Source of the DNA: Octopus sinensis | Taxonomy: Eukaryota | NCBI RefSeq assembly: GCF_006345805.1 | Contig: NC_043019.1 | Coordinates: 1,550,001-1,614,000, forward strand | Length of the DNA stretch: 64,000 nt | Reading direction: 5' to 3' | Part shown: one piece after another, positions 24,590 to 38,829 of the stretch | Layout: each line of letters begins with the position of its first letter | Numbering within the stretch: position 1 is the stretch's first letter | Notes under the pieces: generated by a model | Told to the model about the DNA's origin: nothing | What the model saw: the letters and a program-made list of their open reading frames with translations, nothing else | Database searches by the model: none | Program-made: the position numbers and the translations under genes

Positions 24590-26720
24590 TATGTTTTAAC
24601 CCGTTTGGAGAGAAAAGCAATCTCTTTCCTATATCCATGTCCATATTTTAATTCTAAGTTTAATACCTGGATATTGTATTTTTTAGTAATTTAAGATATA
24701 TTTCTTATTCTTTATGCTTACAAGCATGCTTTAAACTTTTTTAAACTTGTTTACTAGTTTATTAATCCCTTTCTCTCTCACTTTAATCCTTTTTCCTTTT
24801 CCCATTATTTTCTGCTCCCTACGTGCCATGTATATACATTTATTTATATAGCTATTATATTTTACCCTCTTTTATTGATATTGCTTGGCTTATTAACTTA
24901 ATAACTACATATCATTATAAACACTATATTTATTTTATACACATATTACGTTTGCTGTAAAACTTGCTCCTATCTCATAATGCTTTAACTTTATTGTTCC
25001 ATTATTATATCTATTAATTACAATGTGGATTTATCTATTCATAACTAAATTCTTACAGCTAACTTTTTCATTATTTGATTAATTGGCTTTATCATTTAAA
25101 CTATATTCGGTCCTATCTCCACCTATATATATTTTAACTATACTTACAATTTTTCTTATATCTATCTACCACTAAATTAAACATTATCCCCCTCTATTCT
25201 TCCAGCATTTTATTAATAAAATATCTTATTCTTCCTTCCCCTTTTTGGTAGAATGTTTTAATATTTTACTTATAAATCCAGTTAACTAATAACTTAATTT
25301 ATTATTTACTATAGTATTTTTGGCTTCATACCTTGAACAACTCTCTAAAAATCTATAATATGCGCATTTTCTATGTAGCCCAATTAATTTATTTGCTTTA
25401 CTCATTTTATTATTAATTTCTTCCTCTTGACTGTTTGCTTTCCATTGATTTTATATTTGGTCATTTCTCAACCTATATATACAAAATATAAATGCAGTGT
25501 CCTTTTCCTTATCTCCTAATAAGCAAAATATCTTTATACTTCCTATATCCCCCATCTCAATCTTTAAACGCATGTCCATCTGATGTGTATAATAATTAAA
25601 AAATATTTTTTGTCTATTTACACGAATATTTGCATTCACAGATTTGTATTTTGTGTATGCCCCTAATTTAGTTTGTTCCTGGTTTTTCTTTAACTTTTCT
25701 TATCTAAATCGAATTGATTGTACTATATGAACCAAACCTGTAGCTATTTCCTAACTCTCTGTAAATAACAATTATTTAGTTCTACCTGTTTTTGCTTAGG
25801 CATTCCCAAACTTTGATCATTTCTAGATAATTTTTAGCCATTCAGCTCTATGTGAATACCTACTTCCGGTTTTGAGAGCTTTATATTTAGCTATTTATAT
25901 ATTTAACTATTTAAATATTTTTATTAATAAAATTTAATTTAACTTGACTTGACCTGCATTTAAGCCCTTGTTATCACTTTCATTACCATATGTTTATTCC
26001 GTTCCAGTCTTATTTTTGTATTCATATATTTATTTTAAATACCATTCTTCGTAACTTAGCAACTTAACATAATTGCATCCGGTATTTCACTATACGAACG
26101 CTGCATATACTAAATCTTTAAATTAAATTTTCTCCAAAATTTCTTTATCTCTATTAGTCTTGCTCAATAATAAATTTTTAAGGGATGAAATGTAATAGCC
26201 TATAATTCTTTATTCATTTTTTCTCTATCTATTTTCACTCTTTATCTATTTTGATTTATTCATTTTACATTATTCATTTATTTATAATTTATGTACCCTG
26301 ACATTGAGTAAATGCCCCTATTGGTCTTTTAACTATTTCGATATTTTTAATAAGTCAAAGATTACCTGAATGTATTCCCCCTTAATTAAACATTAGTAAC
26401 TATAAACATTTCAATTAAACTCTATATAGTAAGTTTACATTGATTTAATAAGGATAGCCTTAATATGAAATTTTTACCAATTATATCTACTTGAGATTTG
26501 TTATATTTAATACTCCAGATGAATATATTCTTTTACAATTCCATTTTACACAACCTTACTCCTCTTCTAATGGCTCTACCGTTTGTATACTATGTTTTTT
26601 ATGTATAAAGTTTATCAGCTGTTTGCAGCCGTTTCTTCAACATGCGGAAATTGAACACCTATTTTCTATATCTTTATCTACCTTTAAAGAGATTCGACTT
26701 TTCGAATAGTTTTTAATTTA
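24590..26720 (-). pseudogene. Possible very old, AT-rich LINE relic
   Basis: Purine-rich minus strand with faint APE-like words (KWNCKRI..QVDIIG) near 26500 and many stops; weak evidence only. Confidence 0.3.
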
Positions 26721-26911
26721 ATTAATTTATTTTTCATGGTCTGAATTGAAACAGCTGTACGCAATGTTTGACATTTTTTTTTAATTAACACAAACAATGA
26801 TTTATTAATTACCTCTCTATAATCTCATCTTATTACATACAGACATACATACATACATACATACCTTCATACATACATACATACATACATAAATACATAC
26901 ATACATACATG

Positions 26912-26978
<67 letters not shown>

Positions 26979-27084
26979 ACAAAGGGTAAAATAATTAATT
27001 AAGAAGTAATCAGTAATTTCACCGAGTAGAATTCGGCATGAAAAGGACCATTTCATGGTAAGCTTAAGTGATACTTTATAAATA

Positions 27085-27376
27085 GGATTCAGCAGCGATT
27101 TGCTTCACCACATACCGAAGTTTAGAAATAGCAGTCAAAAAATCTTAGCTATTCCTTCTACTTTAAAAGGGGCTCCCAGAAAAACCAAAGTACTTGAAAA
27201 CAATCCACGGAGGCAAAAGGGAAAAATAACGAAAATCATTTTATATTAGGTTACCCACGTACGTGCGTTTCAAAATTAGATCGGAATATTTTTCCCTTTT
27301 AAAGTAGAAGGAATAGTTAAGATTTTTTAACTGCTATTTCTAAACTTCGGTATGTAGTAAAGCAAATCGCTGCTGA

Positions 27377-27380
<4 letters not shown>
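27085..27380. mobile_element. MITE with ~87-bp TIRs and TA flanks
   Basis: 27085-27171 (GGATTCAGCAGCGATTTGCTTCACCACATACCGAAGTTTAGAAATAGCAG..) is the near-perfect reverse complement of 27294-27380. Confidence 0.88.
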
Positions 27381-27414
<34 letters not shown>

Positions 27415-27420
<6 letters not shown>

Positions 27421-27620
27421 TAATCCATACAAGAAAACACAAATCAACACAACAACGCGAGGGCGTGGAACAAATATAGTATTATTGGACGCTCAGGAAA
27501 GAAGGAAAGAAGGAGGGTTTAACGTTTCGAGCGGAGCTCTTCGTCGAAAACATAGGAGAAGGAAAGATCCAAAGAAGGGAAGACAGAGGAAAAAAAATCG
27601 CCAACGGTACACACGAGGTC
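27415..27620 (-). mobile_element. Solo ~200-bp 3' end of a PLE related to the 11.5-19.5 kb element, with hammerhead-like motif at 27517-27551
   Basis: Reverse complement ..ATGTTTTCGACGAAGAGCTCCGCTCGAAACGTTAAACCCTCC..CCTGAGCGTCCAATAATACT..TGGATTAACTTTATA aligns by eye with 13065-13207; (TA)n on both sides. Confidence 0.8.
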
Positions 27621-28263
27621 ACATATATATATATATTCACTCATTTATAGTCAAACAAGTCAGCTCACAAAGGTTTGGCTCTATCCGAGACTGTAGTAGA
27701 TACTAGCCAAACATCTGGGACTGCACCCGATATCATGCACTTCGGAAACAAAATTCTTACCTGACAGTCATATCTGCGCATCGTGATATATATTTTAGAA
27801 ACCGCAAGGTGAGAAAATTATTTAAGTTTTGATAGACCTTGAACAAGAGAAGTAAAGAGCTAACACATTTTACTACCACTCATATTATTCCGACTCTTAA
27901 CTGTCTTTGTTCTTAGATGAAGCTTGCGCATAGTTTGCCTGTAGATAAAGGAACAACAACAACAACAACAATAGCAATGTATTAAATTACTAAAATTGAA
28001 TCGCTTTATAAAAGTATGCCTTAATCTGATAACAATGCGCAATTATGACATAACAGTGTGAATATGTTTGGAGTTGGAATCGTTCAAATGAAAGATGACC
28101 ACATCTGTGTCGATGCGAAATTTATTTACATTTGTAGAATTGCCGTTAGGAAAAGATGAGACACACACACACATACTATTCATAAGCACATACATACATA
28201 TGTAAATATATATTATATATATTTAGAAGCAAATAAATATATAGGTATATATGTATGCATGTT

Positions 28264-28313
<50 letters not shown>

Positions 28314-28329
28314 TATGTATATGCATGTA

Positions 28330-28375
<46 letters not shown>

Positions 28376-28421
28376 CGTATATATATATGTATATATATAT
28401 ATGTATATATGTAAATATAAA

Positions 28422-28452
<31 letters not shown>

Positions 28453-28455
28453 TAT

Positions 28456-28488
<33 letters not shown>

Positions 28489-28991
28489 CACGTGTAGAGA
28501 TAGCTAGATAGATAGATAGATAGATAGATAGATTGATTTGTGTATATGCATGTACAAAGACACACACACAAACACATACAGACATGTATACACGCATATA
28601 TATAAATATATATAGTCGGAGTCCTGAAATGAAGCGGATATTATCACATGTAAGATTGCTATTTGTAAAGGACGTCGATAATTTAGTAAATTTTAGATTC
28701 TACACTCGGCTCATCTGTAGATAATGAGTTGTGAACGTTCCATTATTCAATGCTCGATACAATTTTCCCTTTGATCTCGCCAGAGAACGATAATGAAATC
28801 AGCATCTGAGATAATTACTTCATGCATTCCGATAAGGACTCTGCATACTACAAGTAAAGATACCGAAGGCATTTTGGTAAGTTCAAGGCATGAATCCCGT
28901 CACAAGTATATGGTATCTTTATACTTCGAAGCCGTCGGCAGCCAACACGCACAAAAAACAGGCATACCATACATGCATGCACGCGGAAATG

Positions 28992-29024
<33 letters not shown>

Positions 29025-29025
29025 C

Positions 29026-29184
<159 letters not shown>

Positions 29185-29422
29185 TGTTTCTTTATTAGCC
29201 ACACAGGGCTGCACACAGACAGGACAAAATTACAAGGTAGAGCTTTTCTTTTGGGGGTAAAAGAAGGGGGTTTGGTTTTCGATCAAAAGGGATCGTAAAT
29301 GGAAAGAAAGAGGACAAAAAAAGGGGGGAATTTGATCAATAGGGATTCTTATCACAGAAATGTCAATATGAAGTATAAAGGGGAGGACAGGTGAGGTTTA
29401 CCCGTGGAAAGAAAAGCCTACG

Positions 29423-29430
<8 letters not shown>
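29185..29430 (-). mobile_element. Short 5'-truncated 3'UTR copy of the Tx1-like LINE, between two (GATA)n tracts
   Basis: Diverged match to 31354-31660, including the TTTATT (AATAAA on minus) signal next to the 3' junction. Confidence 0.85.
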
Positions 29431-29508
<78 letters not shown>

Positions 29509-29517
29509 GAGATAGAG

Positions 29518-29572
<55 letters not shown>

Positions 29573-29585
29573 CAGACAGATAGAC

Positions 29586-29632
<47 letters not shown>

Positions 29633-29646
29633 CATATGCATGCATA

Positions 29647-29783
29647 AAAGGGGGGGGAGAGGAAAAAAAAATGATCAATAGGGATCGTTATCACAGAAAT
29701 GTCAATATGAAGTGTAAAGGGGAGGACAGGTGAGGTTTACCCGTGGAAAGAAAAGCCTGCGGAAAAGACCACGGTAACCTCGG
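29647..29783 (-). mobile_element. Internal 3'UTR fragment of the Tx1-like LINE, 5' end abutting (GATA)n
   Basis: Near-identical to ~31545-31683. Confidence 0.85.
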
Positions 29784-29786
29784 GAC

Positions 29787-29893
<107 letters not shown>

Positions 29894-30236
29894 CATATGC
29901 ATGCATATATACATACATTACATAAGTACTGAAACCACCGCGTTTGGAGGTAAAATGTAAATAGTTTTACAATACTTATGTGTAAGTGTTTATGTGATCA
30001 TGTATACATACACACGCACGCTGACTAAGACACACATACATAGAAAAACACATATATATATGTATAAACATACTTGCGTATATATACATGCATGTATATT
30101 GATATACACACACACATACATATATATTCATATCTCTATATATATATAAATAAATGAAAGAATGGAGTCGAACGAAGATGTTAACAAAATTCCTTACTCT
30201 CGACGACAAACATAGGATAATTCATTCACCTATTTA

Positions 30237-30380
<144 letters not shown>

Positions 30381-31314
30381 GATGCATACATACATATACA
30401 TACCTATATACACATATGTATTTACACGAGGTAGGTGTGATAATTCCAACGGTAATTCTGTGTTATTTCAAAATCGATAGCAAAGACCGAATATTTCATC
30501 GCGAAATGCCTTCACCAGCTGTGAACAGAGTTACAGGGAATCTCAACATTACATCCATAAGAATGTTATAGGAAACATAACATCCTATATATATATACTC
30601 TCACGAAAATGTCCCTGATGCTGTAATACAAAAACTACAAGAATATACACTTTGTCGTATGTAAATTTTCTTCGAAATATACAGTGTAAAACAATAATTT
30701 TGTAAACAGAATTCTGCTATGCAACGTGTACATAATTCCCTGCACGGTCCGCATAATATTGTGCATAACACAGTGCATAGCAACTCATGGTTCTATTGTT
30801 TTAGTAAAATTTGTTGTCAGTACTTAGAAAACATATCTCACGTGGCATGTTTCAACATATACCTGACTATACCTATATATTTATCTATCTAAATCTGTGA
30901 ATAATTCTTTAACAATTTAACTAGTTTCAGCTTGGAATTTTAACACTTTAAGTAGCTTCAACTTGAAAGTTGGCGCATATTATAAAAACCAGAGTTAACA
31001 TCTATACCAATGAATAATTCTTTAACGCTTTAACTAGCCTCAGCTTGAAATCAGCAGTCATGCTGGAGCATAGTATAAGAAAGTGAGATGACAAAATAAT
31101 AAATGGTTATCTTAATTGCAATAGCTTACAGATGTTTCTGCTAAAAGACGCAGTGGACTCAGAGCTGAGTGCCTCAATAAGACATTATAGCTTCATTGGG
31201 GCCTTGAGTATGATGTGCAATTTATTTGGGAAAGAATTCCTTTTGTACCAATATAAGGAACGCCATCGACACTGAGAAAAGTCAATGCAGACGTGTATAT
31301 ATATATATATTTAT

Positions 31315-31353
<39 letters not shown>

Positions 31354-31426
31354 TGTTTCTTTATTAGCCACACAGGGCTGCACACAGATAGAACAAATTA
31401 CAAGGTTAGAGCTTTTCTTTTGAAGG

Positions 31427-31463
<37 letters not shown>

Positions 31464-34400
31464 AAGGGGGAGGTTCGATCAAAAGGGATCGTAAAAGGAG
31501 AGAAAGAGGACAAAAATAAGGGGGGTTTTAAAAAAAAAAAAAAAAAAAAGGGGGGGGGGGAGAGGAAAAAAAATGATCAATAGGGATCGTTATCACAGAA
31601 ATGTCAATATGAAGTGTAAAGGGGAGGACAGGTGAGGTTTACCCGTGAAAGAAAAGCCTGCGGAAAAGACCACGGTAACCTCGGTCAATGAAGTCACATT
31701 TTATATTTCTTTTTTTTTTTTTTTTTTTGCAAATAAGCAACTCTCTGTTTTCGATTTCTGGGTTCATAGGACTATGCTCAAGGTGGCTTCGTCATTCATA
31801 CGTGCCATTCTTGCTACATTCACCCATCTTTTTTAAAACATTCGCTAGACAAAACTTGCCTCTCTACTCTCACTTTCCTTTTCAAGTGGTACTTGAAGAA
31901 GTTGATGAGAGATTGACCAGAGAGGAAAGTGTTTGTCTCCAATCCTTTCAGACGCGTCCACCAGATACATTCTTTCGCCATAGCCACAAGGATGATGAAA
32001 ATAGCTCTTCCTTCCCGTTTGAAGGAAGGAGGCGTGACAATATTGACGATAGACTCAGCTGATAAACCGACTCGTCCCACACGTGACAGCAGTTGTTCGA
32101 CATAAGCCCACAGGTCGGAATTGTTGGACACTGAACGAGTGCGTGCAGAACGGTTTCGTCGCTCTGACCGCATCTCGGGCAGGTCGGCCCCGTGTTTCTC
32201 GAGCGTGTCTGTAGAGCTTATCCCGAACGGGTAGCGCTTCTCGGTAGCACTGCCAGGCCAGGGATCTCTGGAAGTTGTCCATGGGCCCTGGCCCGAAAGT
32301 CGTCCCGAACAGGCGGGTCAGGTACTCCTCGTCGACGTCCAGGTTCGCCCCGAGCTCGTCGTCGTACCTCCCCTCCACTAAACCCCTATAGAATGCTTTG
32401 GTTGTGTTGAAGTCACTTAAGGTTGACCCAGGACGGCAGAGTTGCTTGAGAGCAACGCGACACTCGCGGTGCCATTCGCCCTTCCTCGGCCTCTTTTTGA
32501 TCCACGACTGCAGTTCGGTCATGGAGACGAGCTGCGGGAAAGCGTGCCTCACAAACGGCGACCACACCTGTTCACCGTCGTCTACATAGAGCCAGAGATG
32601 TCGCAGTCTCAGCGCGTGTCTGCGCATCATCAACCACGGCATGCCCAGCCCTCCTTTTAACGGGTGTTGACAGCAAATGGATCGCCTGACCATCGGGACG
32701 CATCCTTTCCACAAGAAGCGAAAGAGGATGCGTTGTAGTTTGGTTGATGGTAGGGTCGGGACAAGGTACGACGGTCAGGCGGTAGTAGATGACGGACGCG
32801 ATGTACGTGTTCGCCACCTCCGCTCGACCTTTTAGGGACAGTTTCCTCTCGGCCCATTGCCGGGCGAGAGTGACCACCCTACTCGTTATCTCGTTCCAGT
32901 TCTTCTCCACTTGGAGGTCCGGACCAAACCAGACCCCGAGCAACTCAACCGGGCCGTCGGTCCAGCGTCCCACGACGGAGGCGCTGGTGGACGGCATGGG
33001 CTTGCTTCTCCAGGTGCCTAGTCGCAAGCCCACTGACTTTTCCCGGTTGATTTTCGCTCCTGTCACCGCTTCGTAGTTTTTCAGTGTCTCGCCGACCAGC
33101 TCGATGTGCTCGTGGCTAGACACTATGACGGTGACGTCGTCCGCGTATGCAGACACGCTCGTCCCGCATCCCAATTCTCGCGGGATGCCCCTTAGAGTCG
33201 CCAGCTTCCGCAGTAGTGGCTCAAGAGTCAATACGTATAGAAGCGCCGAGAGGGGGCATCCCTGACGGACCGAACGTGCAATGTCGAAAGGTCTCGATAG
33301 ATGTCCATTTACGCGAATTACCGAACGGATGCCTCTGTACAAGGCAGCTATCCAGCCGCGGAAGACGGGACCGAAACCAGCCGCTCTCAGGACTGCCTCC
33401 AAGTATCGATGGTCTACCCTATCAAAGGCTTTTGATTGATCCAAGTTGATCAGGGCCCCACCCATGCCAGGTTCGTTAACTACCCTGTCTATGATGTAGC
33501 GCATCAGATGGAGGTTGTCATGGATGGTCCGGCCTGGCACGGCGCATGTTTGCGCCTTGTCGACCAGTTTCTCGATGACAAGCGCCAACCTCTTGGCTAG
33601 CACCTTGGCCAAAATTTTCAAGTCTGCATTAAGCAGAGTGATGGGCCTAAAGTTATCTATTACATTTCCCTTGTTTAGATCTTTCTTCAGCAGTGTTACG
33701 GCTCCTCGGCTCACAAAACCGGGAATGCTCCCGTTTTGCTGCCAGTTGCAGTACACCGCCGCCAAGAGATCTCCAAACAAGTCTGGCATACAATTGTAAA
33801 GCTCGTAGGGTAGACCATCCAAACCCGGTGATTTGTCCCTCGAGCATTCTGCCATCGCTTCCCGCACTTCCGCCGCCGTGATGGCACCTTCGCAGCACCC
33901 TGCCTTTCTTGTCGAGAGTCGTGGTAGGCTATGTAGGTAGGCACTGAAGTCCACCCTACGTTCTTGCCCTCCACTCGTTCCGAACAGTCGGGCAAAATGC
34001 TGCTGAAAGGCCTCACACATTTTACTTGGCTCGAGCAATTCGCGCCCCTGTTCATCTACCAGTGACCGAATGGTGGCTTTGTTGCCCTGTTGCGCCTCTG
34101 CCACCCGGGCCTCTCTCGCGGCTCCAACACCTTCGTTCCTTAGAGCACGCATCCTAGCTCTGACAGCACATCCTTCGTGTTTGGCGTTGAAGTGTTGGTC
34201 GAGGCCAACCTCGCCGCCAAAACGTCGGATGCGATGCCGCTTCTAATTGCCTCTTCTAGCTTCTTAACTAGCTCACCCTCTACTCTATTCTATCTATGGC
34301 TAGTGCTTTGCTGTACCTAATCGCTTCTGCTTTTACTGCTCTCTTGAGGGCAAACCACCATTTGTTGTTGATGATGGCTCCCGTCAAAGCCCTCTTTACT

Positions 34401-34898
34401 AGTGTGCTAATCCGGTCTCTGAAAACTTGTCTCGATGGGAAAGACGCGTTTAGTTTCCAGTATCCGGGACCCTGCCTAAGTGTCTTACCTAAGTCTAGCG
34501 TACATGTCACAAGTTTGTGATCCGTGTAGCTGACTATGTGGAATTGTGGACATCCTATGCTATCTCTATCTAAGGTCCTACACAGTATCCTATCTAGATA
34601 CGATCTCGACGACCCGATGCGGTTGCTCCATGTCCACGTTGGCGCATTCGGGTGGTCTAGTCGAAACCTGTCAGACAGTTGAAAGCGTCTGAGCAGGTCT
34701 CTGAGGCATTTGCATCCCCGTCTATTCTATCTCTACCCACGTAGTCTACATGCGTGTCCAAGGTAGCATTCCAATCCCCCACTAAGAGTAAAGGACGAGA
34801 CGTTCCCAAGAAAACTTCTAGACGTTGAAAGAAATCCGCCCGACCTGTTAAGGGCGGTGCGTAAACTGATACGAGCCGAAAAGCGCACCCATTGCTGC
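31354..34898 (-). mobile_element. Tx1/L1-type non-LTR retrotransposon, 5'-truncated, copy 1
   Basis: APE endonuclease, RT and C-terminal Cys/His motifs; 3'UTR with AATAAA about 7 nt before the (ATCT)n flank; (GATA)n on both sides. Confidence 0.95.
31764..34898 (-). pseudogene. ORF2 (APE endonuclease + reverse transcriptase + zf-RVT), 5'-truncated and frameshifted, copy 1
   Basis: [115 protein letters not shown]. Confidence 0.93.
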
Positions 34899-34950
<52 letters not shown>

Positions 34951-34955
34951 CAGAC

Positions 34956-34999
<44 letters not shown>

Positions 35000-35027
35000 T
35001 GATAGATATAGATAGATAGATAGATAG

Positions 35028-35067
<40 letters not shown>

Positions 35068-35083
35068 GATAGATAGATAGATA
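34899..35083. repeat. (GATA)n between the two LINE copies
   Basis: Direct reading. Confidence 0.97.
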
Positions 35084-35155
35084 TGTTTCTTTATTAGCCA
35101 CACAGGGCTGCACACAGATAGAACAAATTACAAGGTAGAGCTTTTCTTTTGAAGG

Positions 35156-35196
<41 letters not shown>

Positions 35197-38100
35197 AAGG
35201 GGGAGGTTCGATCAAAAGGGATCGTAAAAGGAGAGAAAGAGGACAAAAATAAGGGGGGGTTAAAAAAAAAAAAAAAAAAAGGGGGGGGGGAGAGGAAAAA
35301 AAATGATCAATAGGGATCGTTATCACAGAAATGTCAATATGAAGTGTAAAGGGGAGGACAGGTGAGGTTTACCCGTGGAAAGAAAAGCCTGCGGAAAAGA
35401 CCACGGTAACCTCGGTCAATGAAGTCACATTTTATATTTCTTTTTTTTTTTTTTTTTTTTTGCAAATAAGCAACTCTCTGTTTTCGATTTCTGGGTTCAT
35501 AGGACTATGCTCAAGGTGGCTTCGTCATTCATACGTGCCATTCTTGCTACATTCACCCATCTTTTTTAAAACATTCGCTAGACAAAACTTGCCTCTCTAC
35601 TCTCACTTTCCTTTTCAAGTGGTACTTGAAGAAGTTGATGAGAGATTGACCAGAGAGGAAAGTGTTTGTCTCCAATCCTTTCAGACGCGTCCACCAGATA
35701 CATTCTTTCGCCATAGCCACAAGGATGATGAAAATAGCTCTTCCTTCCCGTTTGAAGGAAGGAGGCGTGACAATATTGACGATAGACTCAGCTGATAAAC
35801 CGACTCGTCCCACACGTGACAGCAGTTGTTCGACATAAGCCCACAGGTCGGAAATTGTTGGACACTGAACGAGTGCGTGCAGAACGGTTTCGTCGCTCTG
35901 ACCGCATCTCGGGCAGGTCGGCCCCGTGTTTCTCGAGCGTGTCTGTAGAGCTTATCCCGAACGGGTAGCGCTTCTCGGTAGCACTGCCAGGCCAGGGATC
36001 TCTGGAAGTTGTCCATGGGCCCTGGCCCGAAAGTCGTCCCGAACAGGCGGGTCAGGTACTCCTCGTCGACGTCCAGGTTCGCCCCGAGCTCGTCGTCGTA
36101 CCTCCCCTCCACTAAACCCCTATAGAATGCTTTGGTTGTGTTGAAGTCACTTAAGGTTGACCCAGGACGGCAGAGTTGCTTGAGAGCAACGCGACACTCG
36201 CGGTGCCATTCGCCCTTCCTCGGCCTCTTTTTGATCCACGACTGCAGTTCGGTCATGGAGACGAGCTGCGGGAAAGCGTGCCTCACAAACGGCGACCACA
36301 CCTGTTCACCGTCGTCTACATAGAGCCAGAGATGTCGCAGTCTCAGCGCGTGTCTGCGCATCATCAACCACGGCATGCCCAGCCCTCCTTTTAACGGGTG
36401 TTGACAGCAAATGGATCGCCTGACCATCGGGACGCATCCTTTCCACAAGAAGCGAAAGAGGATGCGTTGTAGTTTGGTGATGGTAGGGTCGGGACAAGGT
36501 ACGACGGTCAGGCGGTAGTAGATGACGGACGCGATGTACGTGTTCGCCACCTCCGCTCGACCTTTTAGGGACAGTTTCCTCTCGGCCCATTGCCGGGCGA
36601 GAGTGACCACCCTACTCGTTATCTCGTTCCAGTTCTTCTCCACTTGGAGGTCCGGACCAAACCAGACCCCGAGCAACTCAACCGGGCCGTCGGTCCAGCG
36701 TCCCACGACGGAGGCGCTGGTGGACGGCATGGGCTTGCTTCTCCAGGTGCCTAGTCGCAAGCCCACTGACTTTTCCCGGTTGATTTTCGCTCCTGTCACC
36801 GCTTCGTAGTTTTTCAGTGTCTCGCCGACCAGCTCGATGTGCTCGTGGCTAGACACTATGACGGTGACGTCGTCCGCGTATGCAGACACGCTCGTCCCGC
36901 ATCCCAATTCTCGCGGGATGCCCCTTAGAGTCGCCAGCTTCCGCAGTAGTGGCTCAAGAGTCAATACGTATAGAAGCGCCGAGAGGGGGCATCCCTGACG
37001 GACCGAACGTGCAATGTCGAAAGGTCTCGATAGATGTCCATTTACGCGAATTACCGAACGGATGCCTCTGTACAAGGCAGCTATCCAGCCGCGGAAGACG
37101 GGACCGAAACCAGCCGCTCTCAGGACTGCCTCCAAGTATCGATGGTCTACCTATCAAAGGCTTTTGATTGATCCAAGTTGATCAGGGCCCCACCCATGCC
37201 AGGTTCGTTAACTACCCTGTCTATGATGTAGCGCATCAGATGGAGGTTGTCATGGATGGTCCGGCCTGGCACGGCGCATGTTTGCGCCTTGTCGACCAGT
37301 TTCTCGATGACAAGCGCCAACCTCTTGGCTAGCACCTTGGCCAAAATTTTCAAGTCTGCATTAAGCAGAGTGATGGGCCTAAAGTTATCTATTACATTTC
37401 CCTTGTTTAGATCTTTCTTCAGCAGTGTTACGGCTCCTCGGCTCACAAAACCGGGAATGCTCCCGTTTTGCTGCCAGTTGCAGTACACCGCCGCCAAGAG
37501 ATCTCCAAACAAGTCTGGCATACAATTGTAAAGCTCGTAGGGTAGACCATCCAAACCCGGTGATTTGTCCCTCGAGCATTCTGCCATCGCTTCCCGCACT
37601 TCCGCCGCCGTGATGGCACCTTCGCAGCACCCTGCTTTCTTGTCGAGAGTCGTGGTAGGCTATGTAGGTAGGCACTGAAGTCCACCCTACGTTCTTGCCC
37701 TCCACTCGTTCCGAACAGTCGGGCAAAATGCTGCTGAAAGGCCTCACACATTTTACTTGGCTCGAGCAATTCGCGCCCCTGTTCATCTACCAGTGACCGA
37801 ATGGTGGCTTTGTTGCCCTGTTGCGCCTCTGCCACCCGGGCCTCTCTCGCGGCTCCAACACCTTCGTTCCTTAGAGCACGCATCCTAGCTCTGACAGCAC
37901 ATCCTTCGTGTTTGGCGTTGAAGTGTTGGTCGAGGGCAACCTCGCCGCCAAAACGTCGGATGCGATGCCGCTTCTAATTGCCTCTTCTAGCTTCTTAACT
38001 AGCTCACCCTCTACTCTATTTCTATCTATGGCTAGTGCTTTGCTGTACCTAATCGCTTCTGCTTTTACTGCTCTCTTGAGGGCAAACCACCATTTGTTGT

Positions 38101-38631
38101 TGATGATGGCTCCCGTCAAAGCCCTCTTTACTAGTGTGCTAATCCGGTCTCTGAAAACTTGTCTCGATGGGAAAGACGCGTTTAGTTTCCAGTATCCGGG
38201 ACCCTGCCTAAGTGTCTTACCTAAGTCTAGCGTACATGTCACAAGTTTGTGATCCGTGTAGCTGACTATGTGGAATTGTGGACATCCTATGCTATCTCTA
38301 TCTACTGTCCTACACAGTATCCTATCTAGATACGATCTCGACGACCCGATGCGGTTGCTCCATGTCCACGTTGGCGCATTCGGGTGGTCTAGTCGAAACC
38401 TGTCAGACAGTTGAAAGCGTCTGAGCAGGTCTCTGAGGCATTTGCATCCCCGTCTATTCCTATCTCTACCCACGTAGTCTACATGCGTGTCCAAGGTAGC
38501 ATTCCAATCCCCCACTAAGAGTAAAGGACGAGACGTTCCCAAGAAAACTTCTAGACGTTGAAAGAAATCCGCCCGACCTGTTAAGGGCGGTGCGTAAACT
38601 GATACGAGCCGAAAAGCGCACCCATTGCTGC
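35084..38631 (-). mobile_element. Tx1/L1-type non-LTR retrotransposon, 5'-truncated, copy 2
   Basis: Same 5' breakpoint (..CATTGCTGC|TAGATAG) and 3' end as copy 1; differs mainly by single-base indels. Confidence 0.95.
35497..38631 (-). pseudogene. ORF2 (APE + RT + zf-RVT), copy 2
   Basis: ORFs 37871-38869, 37443-37883, 37147-37599, 35681-37135 and 35553-35813 tile the same protein. Confidence 0.93.
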
Positions 38632-38683
<52 letters not shown>

Positions 38684-38688
38684 CAGAC

Positions 38689-38736
<48 letters not shown>

Positions 38737-38744
38737 TGATAGAT

Positions 38745-38829
<85 letters not shown>

